From Gemmatimonadales bacterium (GTDB lineage: Bacteria; Gemmatimonadota; Gemmatimonadetes; Gemmatimonadales; GWC2-71-9), in assembly GCA_038321865.1 (NCBI GenBank), contig JBBQFH010000021.1, positions 1 through 52,419 on the forward strand: a stretch of 52,419 nucleotides of DNA. Reading direction: 5' to 3'. Under the pieces are notes generated by a model. That model saw only the letters and a program-made list of their open reading frames with translations. It ran no database searches and had not been told where the DNA came from. Below, in pieces: positions 37,426 to 47,820 of this stretch; the first letter of the stretch is position 1; each line of letters starts with the position of its first letter. The position numbers were made by a program, and so were the translations under genes.

Positions 37426-38532
37426 CTAGTGCTTCTTGGCGCTCCCCTGCTTCCAGAAAGGACGGGCCACGACTTCAGCCGGGACTCGCTCGCCGCGGAT
37501 CTCGATCTCGAACTTGGTCCCGTTCTTCGCGACAGCCGCAGGCAGATACGTCGTACCGATCCCGATGCCGAGGGACGGACTCACGGTACCGCTACGGACG
37601 GAATCGACCTGGCGGCCTTCGTGGAACACCGGGAATCCGTGCCGGGGAAACACCCGGCCGGCGGTCTGGAATCCCACCATCTTCCGGGTGACGCCGTATT
37701 CCTTCTGCGCGCGCAGCGCTTCCGCCCCGACGAACGGCGAGCCCTTGTCCAGCTTCACGATCCAGCCCAGCCCGGCTTCGAGCGGCGTGAGGGTGTCGTC
37801 GATGTCGTTGCCGTACAGGGCGTATCCCATCTCCAGCCGGAGCGAGTCGCGGGCGCCCAGCCCGATGGGCTCGGCGCCGGCCTTGATGAGCGCGTCCCAC
37901 AGCTTCGGCGTATCGCCCGACCGGCAATACAGCTCGAAGCCATCCTCACCGGTGTAGCCCGTACGCGAGATGAAGCAGTCGACGCCGGCGATCTTGCCGA
38001 CCGAGAACTGGTAGTACGGAATGTCGGCCAGGGGCTGGTTGGCCAGCGGCTGCATGAGGGCCTCGGCCTTCGGGCCCTGCAGCGCGAGGAGGCCGATGTC
38101 GTCGGAAATGTCACGCAGGCGGATGTTCTTGCCGCCCTTCTTCTTCACGAAGTGGGCCCAGACCTTTGCCCGGTTGGACGCGTTGACCACCACCATCAGC
38201 TTGTCCTCGAACCGATAGACGGTGCAGTCGTCCATGAAGGTGCCGTCGGCGTTGAGAATCGCCGAATACTGAACCCCGCCGGGCTCGAGCGCGGACACGT
38301 CGTTGGTGGTCAGCCGGTTGACGAAGGCATTGCGGTCGGGACCGGTCACCTCGATCTCACCCATGTGCGAGACGTCGAACAGCCCGGCGCCGCTCCGGAC
38401 GGCCAGATGCTCGGCGACGATCCCGGCCGGGTACTGCACCGGCATCTCATACCCGGCGAACGGCACCATCTTGGCGCCGAGTGCCTTGTGGGTTTCGTAG
38501 AGTGGTGTGCGCTTCAGTTCAGTCGAGGTCAT
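37426..38532 (-). CDS. gcvT: Glycine cleavage system aminomethyltransferase T
   Basis: [36 protein letters not shown] and [11 protein letters not shown] motifs. Confidence 0.95.
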   Translation of the reverse strand: MTSTELKRTPLYETHKALGAKMVPFAGYEMPVQYPAGIVAEHLAVRSGAGLFDVSHMGEIEVTGPDRNAFVNRLTTNDVSALEPGGVQYSAILNADGTFMDDCTVYRFEDKLMVVVNASNRAKVWAHFVKKKGGKNIRLRDISDDIGLLALQGPKAEALMQPLANQPLADIPYYQFSVGKIAGVDCFISRTGYTGEDGFELYCRSGDTPKLWDALIKAGAEPIGLGARDSLRLEMGYALYGNDIDDTLTPLEAGLGWIVKLDKGSPFVGAEALRAQKEYGVTRKMVGFQTAGRVFPRHGFPVFHEGRQVDSVRSGTVSPSLGIGIGTTYLPAAVAKNGTKFEIEIRGERVPAEVVARPFWKQGSAKKH

Positions 38533-39440
38533 GTCGGGGCGTCTCCCATCAGTGTCGCCATGAGTGCCTTCTGGACGTGGAGCCGGTTTTCCGCCTGATC
38601 GAACACCCGGGACTGCGGCCCTTCGATCACTGACTCGGCCACTTCTTCCCCCCGGTGGGCCGGGAGGCAGTGCAGGAAGATCGCGTTCGGATCGGCCAGC
38701 GCCATGAGCGCCGGATCCACCATGAAGGTCGCAAATGCGCGCGCCCGCTCGGCCTGCTCCGCTTCCTGACCCATCGAGGCCCAGACGTCGGTGTTGACGA
38801 CGTCGGCGCCCCGTGCCGCTTCTCGCGGGTCGCGGGTGACGCTGATCCGCGCTTTCGCCTGGTTCCGGGCGAGTATCCCGGGGTCCGGATCGTACCCGTC
38901 CGGACAGGCGAGCCGAAGCTCGAACCCGAGCGAGCCCGCCGCGTTGATCCAGCTGTTCGCCATGTTGTTGCCGTCGCCGATCCAGGCCACCGTCTTCCCC
39001 TCCCACCCGCCCAGCGATTCCCGAATCGTGAGCAGATCGGCCAGGATCTGGCAGGGATGCAGCAGGTCGGTCAGCCCGTTGATGACCGGAATCGATCCGA
39101 AGCGGGCCAGCTCCTCGACGTCGGCATGCGCGAACGTGCGGATCATGATGCCGTCGAGATAGCGGGAGAGCACGCGGGCCGTGTCTCGAATCGGCTCCCC
39201 GCGGCCGAGCTGGATGTCGCGGGAGGACAGGAACAGTGCGTGGCCGCCGAGCTGATACGCCCCCACCTCGAACGAGACGCGGGTGCGCGTCGAACTCTTG
39301 GCGAAGATCATCCCGAGCGTCTTGCCGGCCAGCGGCTTTGCGGTATACGCCCGGCTCTTCATCCGCGCGGCCAGATCAAAAACGGCGTATAGCTCGTCGC
39401 GGGAAAAGTCGGGAATCGCCAGAAAGTCGCGCTTGGGCAT
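38529..39440 (-). CDS. argF: Ornithine carbamoyltransferase
   Basis: SSTRTR, HPCQ, GDGNN, TDVWASMG, HCLP.HRG and AENRLH motifs. Confidence 0.95.
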   Translation of the reverse strand: MPKRDFLAIPDFSRDELYAVFDLAARMKSRAYTAKPLAGKTLGMIFAKSSTRTRVSFEVGAYQLGGHALFLSSRDIQLGRGEPIRDTARVLSRYLDGIMIRTFAHADVEELARFGSIPVINGLTDLLHPCQILADLLTIRESLGGWEGKTVAWIGDGNNMANSWINAAGSLGFELRLACPDGYDPDPGILARNQAKARISVTRDPREAARGADVVNTDVWASMGQEAEQAERARAFATFMVDPALMALADPNAIFLHCLPAHRGEEVAESVIEGPQSRVFDQAENRLHVQKALMATLMGDAPT

Positions 39441-39531
39441 ACAGTTACGGCCGGGTGGAGGGACGGTCAGTTTGGCAGGGGATTCTACCCGGGCGGCTCG
39501 GCGGGGGGCAAGGGCTCGACGAAAGATCGGC

Positions 39532-40365
39532 TCACGGCCCCGCGAGCAGCGCGTTCCGCATCGCGTCCGCGCTTTGCCACCGGTCGGCCGGGAGCTTCTT
39601 CAGCGCGCGGGCGATGGTGCCGGCGAGCGCGGCCGGTGTCCCAGGCGCCCGGGTGCGTACGTCGGGCGCGGGGGCGGTCAGATGCAACTGGATGGTGACG
39701 TTGTCGTTGCTGTGCTTGAAGGGGGACGCCCCCGCCAGGCACTCGAACAGCACGCAGCCGACCGCGTACACGTCCGCCCGCTGGTCGATCGGCTCGGCCG
39801 ATATCTGCTCCGGACTCATGTATGCGCAGGTGCCGACCGCCATCCCCGACTTGGTCAGCGAATCGTTCCCCGAAGTGGCGATCGCCCGGGCGATGCCGAA
39901 ATCGAGCAGCACGGGTCCGTCGGCGCCGAGGACGATATTCTCCGGCTTCACGTCGCGATGCACGATCCCCTCGCCGTGCGCGTATGCCAGCGCCTCGAGC
40001 AGCTGGGCGCCGAGCTGGATCGTCTCGGATACCGGGAGACGACCGCGCGAGGCGATGGCGCCGGCCAGTGTTGGCCCTTCGATGTATGGCATCGTGTAGT
40101 ACAGGAGCCACTCACTCTTTCCGGTCGCGAGGACCGGGGCAATGTGCCGGTGGTGGAGCGCCGATACGAGGCGAATCTCGCGCAGGAACCTGTCGGCCGT
40201 GATGGTCAGCGCAAGCTCCGGACGCAGGACCTTGAGCGCGACCGGGACACCATCGGCGCCGCGCGCGAGAAATACCCGTGCCGCTCCGCCGCGCCCCAGC
40301 TCGCGCTCGATGACGTATGTCCCGGCAAGCGCCGCCTGGATGGCTGGAAGCAGGTCACGAGCCAT
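39532..40365 (-). CDS. Stand-alone Ser/Thr protein kinase (kinase domain only)
   Basis: ELGRGGAA, VALKVL, HRDVKPEN, DFG and YMSPEQ motifs; AAGGAG is on the opposite strand, but the ORF is intact. Confidence 0.9.
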   Translation of the reverse strand: MARDLLPAIQAALAGTYVIERELGRGGAARVFLARGADGVPVALKVLRPELALTITADRFLREIRLVSALHHRHIAPVLATGKSEWLLYYTMPYIEGPTLAGAIASRGRLPVSETIQLGAQLLEALAYAHGEGIVHRDVKPENIVLGADGPVLLDFGIARAIATSGNDSLTKSGMAVGTCAYMSPEQISAEPIDQRADVYAVGCVLFECLAGASPFKHSNDNVTIQLHLTAPAPDVRTRAPGTPAALAGTIARALKKLPADRWQSADAMRNALLAGP

Positions 40366-40377
40366 GAAGGAGTCCGG

Positions 40378-40695
40378 TTACTGGGGTGACCCGCTGACGG
40401 AGTCGGCCTTCGCCTGCACGCTCAGCGAGCATGATACCGGACGGCCCAGGGAGTCGGTGCACGTCACCGCCGCCGACTTCAGCGCGACGGGCGCACCGCT
40501 CGTGTCGTGGAACGCCACCTTGAGTGACCGGGTCGAATAACACGGAACCGGGGTCCCGCTCACCGAGTCGGTGCAGGTGCCGAGCGACGCCATGGCCATG
40601 GAGCCGGTCCCACCGCCCGACTCACGACGGCCACAGGCTGCGGCACCAAGCGCGAGTGTCGTGACCATCACGAGGATATTGCGGGAAGCAGTCAT
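40378..40695 (-). CDS. Small lipoprotein with two Cys-bounded repeats
   Basis: ATG overlaps the upstream kinase stop (ATGA) with a GGAGG SD. Lipobox LGAAAC; repeats TCTDSVSGTPVPC and TCTDSLGRPVSC. Confidence 0.7.
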   Translation of the reverse strand: MTASRNILVMVTTLALGAAACGRRESGGGTGSMAMASLGTCTDSVSGTPVPCYSTRSLKVAFHDTSGAPVALKSAAVTCTDSLGRPVSCSLSVQAKADSVSGSPQ

Positions 40696-43487
40696 GCTCC
40701 ACCTCCGGCGAAACTGCGTGGAACGACAGGCCCGGCTACCCGGGCGGCGACGCGCGTACCAGCGACCGGCCCACATCGAATCGCCGGATCGGGCGATTGT
40801 CCCGAGCTCCGGCGCCACTGAAGCAGTCGGGGACCCGCGAGGCCACACACGATCCCCCGCAGAGCGACGGTACCCGGCGGGACCCGGATCGCCGCGATCG
40901 CGGCACTGGCGAGGGTGGCGGCGGAATCGGCATGCCCGGCCATCGCGTAGGCATCGGCCGCGACCACGCGAAGCGCCATGGTGCCGACCCGGTCGAGGTT
41001 GGTGGCGTCGTCTTCCCCGGCGGCGGCGGCTGGACCGATGAGTCGAAGCGTCGCACCAGATTGCCCGGCGCGCAATGCGCCGAGCGCCTCGAGCAAGGCG
41101 GGCCCGTGGCCCAGCCGGGCCAGCGAGAGGGGCGGCAGGCGGCGGAGCGAGTCGCGCCGGCCCGCGGCCACGGCGGTGTCGCCGGTGGCCGCCGACCAGA
41201 GTCCCCGCAGCAGCAGCGCGCCCGGCATGGTGTCGCGCGCGACGCGGAGCGAGAGCGGGCCGGGCGGCTCCCGCCTCGCGAGCGCCAGCAGCAGTCGCGC
41301 GTGCTCGTACCAGCGCGCCTCGGCTCCGGCATTCACTTCCGCGGCGTCGTGAAGGATCCGGTCGGCGTCGAGCGGCCGGCCCGCCATGACGCGCGCCGAC
41401 GCCATCACCGCCAGCGCCTGCATCCGCAGCCAGGCGGGCGCCGCCGGGTCGCTGGCCGACGCGGCGGCCAGGCTGTCTCCGCGCCGCCAGTCGCCGGCGT
41501 ACGCGGCCAGCAGCAGCGCGGCGTAGCTCGACGCGGGCGGCACCAGAAGGTGGGCGCTGTCGCGCGCTTCGGCCGGCCGCCCCAGCACCACGAGGATGGC
41601 GGTCTCGTTGAGCAGCGGAATCTGGGCGACGGCGGCACCGAAATGTTCGTCGGCCACCGCCCGCTGGAAATCGGCGAGCGCCTCGTCGTAGCGTCCCAGG
41701 GAGCAGAGGAACAGGCCGCGGTTGTTGCGACCGCCGGTGGAATGAGGCATCACCTCCAGAAACAGCCCGTACCAGCGGACGGCGGCCGGGAGGTCGTACC
41801 GCAACGCGTACGCCGCGTCACCCTCGAGACGGTAGCGCTGCGCGTCGCTGAGGCGCTCGGGCCGGCGCAGCGCTTCTCCCAGGGCGAGTCGGGCCGAGTC
41901 GAGGTTTCGCATGCTGATGTAATTCATGCCCATCGCACCCCATGCCGACGCGAAGCCGGTGTCGAGCGTCACGGCCTCGCGGAGCAGCTGGTTGCTGTTG
42001 ATGAGCTGTGACGCCGCCGCCAGCTGGATCGCATCGGCAAACTTGCGGTACGCCGCGAACGACGGCGTCGTCACCTGGGTGAGCGGCCGGTTGGCGGCGA
42101 TCGCCGACGCGCGCTCGCCGAGCCCGCGGCGGACCCGGCGAGCGAGCTCCCCCATGACGGCGATGAGGGTCGTGTCAGAGGCCTCCGAGTGTTCGCTCAG
42201 GACGTCGCTCCCGGTCTCCGCGTCCACCACGCTGAGCACGATGCCATAGCCGTGTGGCCCGATCGGCTTCACCGTGCCGCTCATGACGGTTCGAATCGAG
42301 TTGCGGACGGCGAGCTCCCGTCCCGCGTCGAGCGAAATGCGTGCGGTGTCCGACATGCCGGCGGCGCCCATCGCGGCCCGGAGCTGGGAGCGGGGCATCG
42401 CGGTGAGCACGCGCGACTGGTTCAACTCGGCCGCGACCAAAGCCTGCACCGCCGACGCGAGGCCGGCATCACCTGCCGGGCCGTCAAAATCAGTCACCAG
42501 AATCGTACTGCGCTCCGGGACCCCCGCCCCGGAGGTGCGGAGCACCATCGCGAGCGCCGAGAGCGCCACGACGACGACCAGCGCCAGCAGGCCTCGGACC
42601 CATCGGCGGCGCTTCCCGCCCCGAACGGCGACGGCGTCGGGCACGGCCGGCGCCGGCGTGTCCCGGCCAAGCGCCTCGGCGAACGCCGCGGCGGTGGCAA
42701 ACCGGTCCGCCGGCAGCTTCGCGAGGGCGGTGGCGACGGCCCGCTCGATGAATGGAGGAATAGCCGGGCGCACGACCCGAAGCGGCCGGATGTCCTCCAG
42801 CCGCATCCGTGCGAAGACGGCCTGCGGCGTCGCACCGGCGAACGGCGCCTCGCCACCCAGCATTTCGTAGAGCACGCAGCCGAGGCTGTAGATGTCGGAG
42901 CGGGCATCGGCATCCATGCCCTGTACCTGCTCCGGGCTCATGTAGAGCGGCGTGCCGATTGCGAGGCCCGGCTCCGTGAACCGGCTCTCCGAGCCCGCCT
43001 CGATCGCGCGCGCGAGCCCGAAGTCGGCGACGACGGCCTCACCATCCTGGAGCAGAATGTTCTCGGGCTTGATGTCGCGGTGCACCACGCCGTGCGCGTG
43101 GGCGTGGGCCAGCGCGGCACACACGTCGCGGGTGATGGTGACGGCGTCGTCGAGCGGCAGCGGACCTTCGCGCGCCAGCCGCTCGCGCAACGATTCGCCT
43201 TCGGCGTAGGGCATGACGAAATACAGGAGGCCGGCGGCGTCTCCCGAATCGTGCACCGACAGGATGTGGGGGTGGGTGAGCCCGGCGACGATACGGATTT
43301 CCCGGAGAAAACGCTCCGGCCCGATCGCGGCGGCGACTTCAGGGCGCAGCACCTTCAACGCGACCTGGCGGTGGTGCCGGAGGTCCCGGGCGAGATAGAC
43401 CATCGCGGACCCGCCGCGGCCCAGCTCGCGCTCGATCGCATAGCGCTCGGCCAGTACGGCTTCCAGCCGATGAAGCAGCTGCTGCAT
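40692..43487 (-). CDS. Membrane Ser/Thr protein kinase with TolB/CsgG-like and TPR regions
   Basis: ERELGRGGSA, HRDIKPEN, DFG and GTPLYMSPEQ motifs; TM helix; ILVTDF..., VTT.SFAAY and TPR helices. Confidence 0.9.
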   Translation of the reverse strand: MQQLLHRLEAVLAERYAIERELGRGGSAMVYLARDLRHHRQVALKVLRPEVAAAIGPERFLREIRIVAGLTHPHILSVHDSGDAAGLLYFVMPYAEGESLRERLAREGPLPLDDAVTITRDVCAALAHAHAHGVVHRDIKPENILLQDGEAVVADFGLARAIEAGSESRFTEPGLAIGTPLYMSPEQVQGMDADARSDIYSLGCVLYEMLGGEAPFAGATPQAVFARMRLEDIRPLRVVRPAIPPFIERAVATALAKLPADRFATAAAFAEALGRDTPAPAVPDAVAVRGGKRRRWVRGLLALVVVVALSALAMVLRTSGAGVPERSTILVTDFDGPAGDAGLASAVQALVAAELNQSRVLTAMPRSQLRAAMGAAGMSDTARISLDAGRELAVRNSIRTVMSGTVKPIGPHGYGIVLSVVDAETGSDVLSEHSEASDTTLIAVMGELARRVRRGLGERASAIAANRPLTQVTTPSFAAYRKFADAIQLAAASQLINSNQLLREAVTLDTGFASAWGAMGMNYISMRNLDSARLALGEALRRPERLSDAQRYRLEGDAAYALRYDLPAAVRWYGLFLEVMPHSTGGRNNRGLFLCSLGRYDEALADFQRAVADEHFGAAVAQIPLLNETAILVVLGRPAEARDSAHLLVPPASSYAALLLAAYAGDWRRGDSLAAASASDPAAPAWLRMQALAVMASARVMAGRPLDADRILHDAAEVNAGAEARWYEHARLLLALARREPPGPLSLRVARDTMPGALLLRGLWSAATGDTAVAAGRRDSLRRLPPLSLARLGHGPALLEALGALRAGQSGATLRLIGPAAAAGEDDATNLDRVGTMALRVVAADAYAMAGHADSAATLASAAIAAIRVPPGTVALRGIVCGLAGPRLLQWRRSSGQSPDPAIRCGPVAGTRVAARVAGPVVPRSFAGGGA

Positions 43488-43566
43488 GGGCGACCAGTCG
43501 CGGGGAACCCCGCCAACATACGCCGCGGCCCGGCGGGCAGCCAGAGCCCGCGGTCACCGGGTCGCG

Positions 43567-45030
43567 CTAGAGAATGTAGCGCCTCAGATCATCGTCGTTG
43601 ACGATACGCGCCAGACGCGTCTTCACCGCCTCGGCGTCGTACACGATCGTTTTCTCCGGATGCTCGGGCAGATCGAAGAGAAGATCCTCCATGAGCGCCG
43701 CCATCACGGTATGGAGCCGGCGGGCGCCGATGTTCTCCATCCGGTCGTTGGCCATGAATGCGACCCGCGCGACTTCGGCGATCGCGTCAGGCAGAAACTC
43801 GATCGTCGCGCCCTCGGCCGCGACCAGCGCCTGATATTGCCGCGTCAGGGCATTTTCCGGCTCAGTCATGATCCGGATGAAATCCTGCTCGGTGAGCGGC
43901 GTCAGCTCGACCCGGATGGGGAAACGCCCCTGCAGCTCGGGGATCAGGTCGGACGGCTTGGAGACATGGAACGCCCCGGCGGCGATGAAGAGGATGTGAT
44001 CGCTGCGGACGTAGCCGTACCGGGTCTGCACCGTCGAGCCCTCGACGATGGGCAGGAGGTCCCGCTGCACCCCTTCGCGGGAGACGTCGGGGCCGCCGGC
44101 CTGGGAGCGCTCGCCCGCGATCTTGTCGATTTCATCGATGAAGATGATCCCGTGATTCTCGGCGCGGTCGAGCGACTCGTTCACCACGTCGTCCATGTCG
44201 ACGAGCTTCTTCAGCTCCTCGTCCACCAGCACGCGGCGGGCCTCCGGCACCTTGACGGTCCGGCGCTTCTTCCGCTTCGGCATCATCTCCTGCAGCATCT
44301 CGGTGAAGTTGATGTCGGCGCCTTCCATCCCCTGTGGCGGCTGCATGAACTCGAGCATCGGAAAGTTCTGCGGGGCGACCTCGATCTCGACCTCGCGGTC
44401 ATCGAGCTTGCCGTCTGCCAGCATCTGCCGAAGCTTTTCGCGCGAACGGTGCCGGCGCTCGTCGTCGGGTGACGCCGCCTCCGCCGCCGCGGCACCCCCC
44501 GGCGCCACGACGAACACCTTCGCGCCGTCGGCAGGAGATGGCGGGGCCGCCGGTGGCGGGGGCAGGAGGAGATCGAGCAGGCGCTCGTCGGCGCGGGATT
44601 CGGCCTGCGGGAAGACTTCGTCCTCACGTTCGGTCCGCACCATGTTGATCGCGGCGTCCACCAGGTCGCGGACCATGGATTCGGCATCGCGCCCCACGTA
44701 GCCCACCTCGGTGAACTTGGACGCCTCGACCTTGATGAACGGCGCCCCGGCGAGCCGCGCCAGCCGGCGCGCGACCTCCGTCTTCCCGACGCCGGTCGGG
44801 CCAATCATGATGATGTTGTATGGCGTGATCTCGTCGCGGATGTCGTCGGGCGCCTGGGCCCTGCGCCAGCGATTCCTGACCGCGATGGCGACCGCCTTCT
44901 TGGCGGCGTCCTGTCCCACGATGTACCGGTCGAGCTCGGCGACGATCTGGCGCGGAGGCATCTCCTCGAGCCAGGGCGGTGGTGTCTCGGCGGCGTCGTC
45001 CCCGGGTTTCGGCGTCAGGTTGGCGGTCAT
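43567..45030 (-). CDS. hslU: ATP-dependent protease ATPase subunit HslU
   Basis: GPTGVGKTE, EASKFTEVGYVGRD, FIDEIDK, SREGVQRDLLP and ENIGARRL motifs. Confidence 0.96.
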   Translation of the reverse strand: MTANLTPKPGDDAAETPPPWLEEMPPRQIVAELDRYIVGQDAAKKAVAIAVRNRWRRAQAPDDIRDEITPYNIIMIGPTGVGKTEVARRLARLAGAPFIKVEASKFTEVGYVGRDAESMVRDLVDAAINMVRTEREDEVFPQAESRADERLLDLLLPPPPAAPPSPADGAKVFVVAPGGAAAAEAASPDDERRHRSREKLRQMLADGKLDDREVEIEVAPQNFPMLEFMQPPQGMEGADINFTEMLQEMMPKRKKRRTVKVPEARRVLVDEELKKLVDMDDVVNESLDRAENHGIIFIDEIDKIAGERSQAGGPDVSREGVQRDLLPIVEGSTVQTRYGYVRSDHILFIAAGAFHVSKPSDLIPELQGRFPIRVELTPLTEQDFIRIMTEPENALTRQYQALVAAEGATIEFLPDAIAEVARVAFMANDRMENIGARRLHTVMAALMEDLLFDLPEHPEKTIVYDAEAVKTRLARIVNDDDLRRYIL

Positions 45031-45044
45031 GGGCGCAAGATAAC

Positions 45045-45587
45045 TCAGCCGGCCGGAAGCTCGAGGATCGTGATGTGGCGGTTGGTGAAGACGCAGATGT
45101 CGGCCGCGATCTCGAGGGAGCGCTGCACGATGTCGCGCGCGGAGAGGCCGGCATGGGGCAGCAGCGCACGCGCCGCCGCGAGCGCGTAATTGCCACCCGA
45201 CCCGATCGCCACGATGCCGTCATCCGGCTCGATCAACTCGCCCGAGCCGCTGAGGAGAAACGCATGATCGACGTCGGCGACGACCAGCAGCGCCTCCAGC
45301 CGACGCAGGATCCGGTCGCTGCGCCAATCCTTGGCGAGCTCGACCGACGCGCGCGGCAGGTTGGCCGGATAGCGGTCGAGCTTTTCCTCGAATTTTTCAT
45401 AGAGCGTCAGGGCGTCGGCGACGGAGCCGGCGAAGCCCGCCAGCACCTTGCCGCCCTTCAGCGTGCGGACCTTCGTGGACTGCGATTTCATGACCGTATC
45501 GCCGATGGTGACCTGCCCGTCACCGCCGACCGCGACCCGGCCGTCCTTCCGCACCGCGAGAATCGTCGTGCCGTGAAACTGCTGCAT
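45045..45587 (-). CDS. hslV: ATP-dependent protease peptidase subunit HslV
   Basis: [21 protein letters not shown] and IGSGGNYA motifs; AAGGAG SD. Confidence 0.96.
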   Translation of the reverse strand: MQQFHGTTILAVRKDGRVAVGGDGQVTIGDTVMKSQSTKVRTLKGGKVLAGFAGSVADALTLYEKFEEKLDRYPANLPRASVELAKDWRSDRILRRLEALLVVADVDHAFLLSGSGELIEPDDGIVAIGSGGNYALAAARALLPHAGLSARDIVQRSLEIAADICVFTNRHITILELPAG

Positions 45588-45616
45588 GACCTCTCCTTGC
45601 ATGGACCCGCGGGCGG

Positions 45617-46528
45617 CTATGCGCGCGGATGGGCCTGATTATACACCTTCTTGAGTCGCTCGATGCTGGTGTGCGTGTAGATCTGCGTGGTACTCAGGCT
45701 GGCGTGTCCCAGCAGCTCCTGCACGGCGCGGAGGTCGGCACCGGCGTCGAGCATATGCGTGGCGAAGGTGTGGCGGAGCGAGTGCACCCGGAGCTGATCG
45801 CCGCCGACGGCATCGAACATCGCGTGCATCGCCCGCTGGATGGCACGGGGGCCGAGCCGGCGGCCGTACCGCGTGACGAAGACGGCCCGCCGGTCGCTGC
45901 CCGGCCGGAGCACGACCCGCTCGCGCGCCGCGAGATACGCCCGGATGGCCAGCACCGCCCGGGCGCCCACCGGCACGATTCGCTCCTTCCGACCCTTGCC
46001 CATCACGCGTGCCTGGTCCGACAGCAGATCGAGCATATCGAGACTCAGGCCGGCCAGCTCGGAGAGACGCATGCCGGTCGAGTAGAAAAGCTCGAGCATC
46101 GCCAGGTTCCGCAGCGGCTGAAACTCTCCGGCCTCCGCCCGCGCTTCCGCCCAGGCGAAGAGCCGCTCCGTCTGTCCCTTCTCCAGGTAGGTCGGGAGCC
46201 GCTTGTCGAGCTTGGGCACGCGGGCGGCCTTCGCGATGTTGACGGCGAGACCGTGGTGCACCTGGAGATAGCGAAACAGGCTGCGAACGGCGGAGAGCGA
46301 CCGCGCCGCCGATCGCTTGGCCAGGCCGCGCCGCTGCATCTCGCCCAGAAACCCGCGCAGCCCGAGCCGATCGACGGTGCACCACTCCCAGTCGGGCCCG
46401 TAGTGCCGCCCGCAGAACTCGACGAAGGCGTCGAGATCCCGCCGGTACGCCTTCACGGTGTGCGGCGAATGCTGCTTTTCCTTCTCGAGGTGGACCAGAA
46501 ACGCCTCGATCCCCGGGTGCGACTTCAC
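45617..46528 (-). CDS. xerC: Tyrosine recombinase XerC
   Basis: [32 protein letters not shown] and [14 protein letters not shown] motifs; conserved trmFO-xerC-hslVU context. Confidence 0.92.
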   Translation of the reverse strand: MKSHPGIEAFLVHLEKEKQHSPHTVKAYRRDLDAFVEFCGRHYGPDWEWCTVDRLGLRGFLGEMQRRGLAKRSAARSLSAVRSLFRYLQVHHGLAVNIAKAARVPKLDKRLPTYLEKGQTERLFAWAEARAEAGEFQPLRNLAMLELFYSTGMRLSELAGLSLDMLDLLSDQARVMGKGRKERIVPVGARAVLAIRAYLAARERVVLRPGSDRRAVFVTRYGRRLGPRAIQRAMHAMFDAVGGDQLRVHSLRHTFATHMLDAGADLRAVQELLGHASLSTTQIYTHTSIERLKKVYNQAHPRA

Positions 46529-47820
46529 AGCTCCGCCTTCCACTGCTCCAGGTCGGCAAGCGCGCGGGCCGCCAGCAGCTCGCGCTTCCGCTCTTTCTTC
46601 ACTTTCCCCTGAAGCGGATCGAGCAGACCGAAATTCGCGTTCATCGGCTGGAAATGCGCCGGGTTCGCGTCGCTGAGGTAGCGGTAGAGGCCGCCCAGCA
46701 TCGTGGTGGGAGGGGGAACCAGGGCAGACTTGCCGTCCAGCCGCCGCGCCAGGTTGATGCCGGCGAGCAGCCCGGTCCCGAGCGACTCGGTGTACCCCTC
46801 GACGCCGGTGAGCTGGCCGGCGAAGAAGAGGCGGTCGTCGTCGCGCGCCGTGAGCGCGGGGCCAAGGGTCGCCGGGCTGTTGAGATAGGCGTTCCGGTGG
46901 ATGCTGCCGAAGCGGAAATACTCGGCGCCCGCCAGCCCCGGGATGGTGCCGAACACCCGGCGCTGCTCCGGCACCCGGAGGCGGGTCTGAAAGCCGACCA
47001 GGTTCCACATCTGCCCCGCGCGGTCCTCCCGGCGGAGCTGCACCACGGCGTAGGGCTCGCGGCCGGTTCGTGGATCCGGCAGCCCGACCGGCTTCATCGG
47101 TCCGAAGCGGAGCGTTTCCCTCCCGCGCCGGGCCATCTCCTCCACCGGCAGACACCCCTCGAAGTAGGGCACGGCATCGAACTCGTGGCCATGAAACTGA
47201 TCGGCGGCCGTGAGCGCGTCGATGAACGCCTCGTACTCATCGGCGCTCATCGGGGCGTTGAGATAGTCGTCTCCCGCGCCCTTGCCGTACCGCGACAGGC
47301 GGTACAGCGCCGAATGATCGAGCGATTCGGACGAGACGATCGGCGCGATCGCATCGTAGAAGGCCAGCGCCCCGGCACCGAGCCGCTGGGCGATGGCGTC
47401 GGCCAGCCGATCGGAGGTCAGTGGCCCGGTGGCCACGATCCCCGGCGACGGCAGCACCGCGGCTTCTTCCCGGACCAGGGTGATACGCGGATGCGCAGAG
47501 ATGCGATCGTGCACCTTCCGACTGAATACGTCGCGGTCCACGGCCAGCGCCGTCCCGCCCGGGACACTCGCGGCATCGGCGCACTCGAGCAGCATGCTGC
47601 CCAGCGCACGAAGCTCTGCCTTGAGGAGCCCGTGGGCGTTGGTGACGTCGACCGATTTGAAGGTGTTACTGCAGACGAGTTCGGCGAGACGATCGCTCGC
47701 GTGCGCCGGCGTGCGGACGACCGGCCGCATCTCGACGAGCGTGACGTCGATGCCCCGCTCGGCCAATGCCCACGCCGCCTCCGAGCCGGCCAGCCCGCCG
47801 CCGACTACGGTCGCGTTCAC
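46525..47820 (-). CDS. trmFO: Folate/FAD-dependent tRNA (uracil-54)-methyltransferase
   Basis: VGGGLAGSEAA, ELVCSN, FYDAIAP, YFEGCLP.E, GPMKPVGL and AGQLTGVEGY motifs. Confidence 0.95.
   Translation of the reverse strand: MNATVVGGGLAGSEAAWALAERGIDVTLVEMRPVVRTPAHASDRLAELVCSNTFKSVDVTNAHGLLKAELRALGSMLLECADAASVPGGTALAVDRDVFSRKVHDRISAHPRITLVREEAAVLPSPGIVATGPLTSDRLADAIAQRLGAGALAFYDAIAPIVSSESLDHSALYRLSRYGKGAGDDYLNAPMSADEYEAFIDALTAADQFHGHEFDAVPYFEGCLPVEEMARRGRETLRFGPMKPVGLPDPRTGREPYAVVQLRREDRAGQMWNLVGFQTRLRVPEQRRVFGTIPGLAGAEYFRFGSIHRNAYLNSPATLGPALTARDDDRLFFAGQLTGVEGYTESLGTGLLAGINLARRLDGKSALVPPPTTMLGGLYRYLSDANPAHFQPMNANFGLLDPLQGKVKKERKRELLAARALADLEQWKAEL

Noticed and set aside
45617..46528. Tyrosine recombinase as the integrase of a mobile element
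   Set aside because: It has XerC features and sits in the conserved topA-trmFO-xerC-hslVU housekeeping context, with host-like composition.
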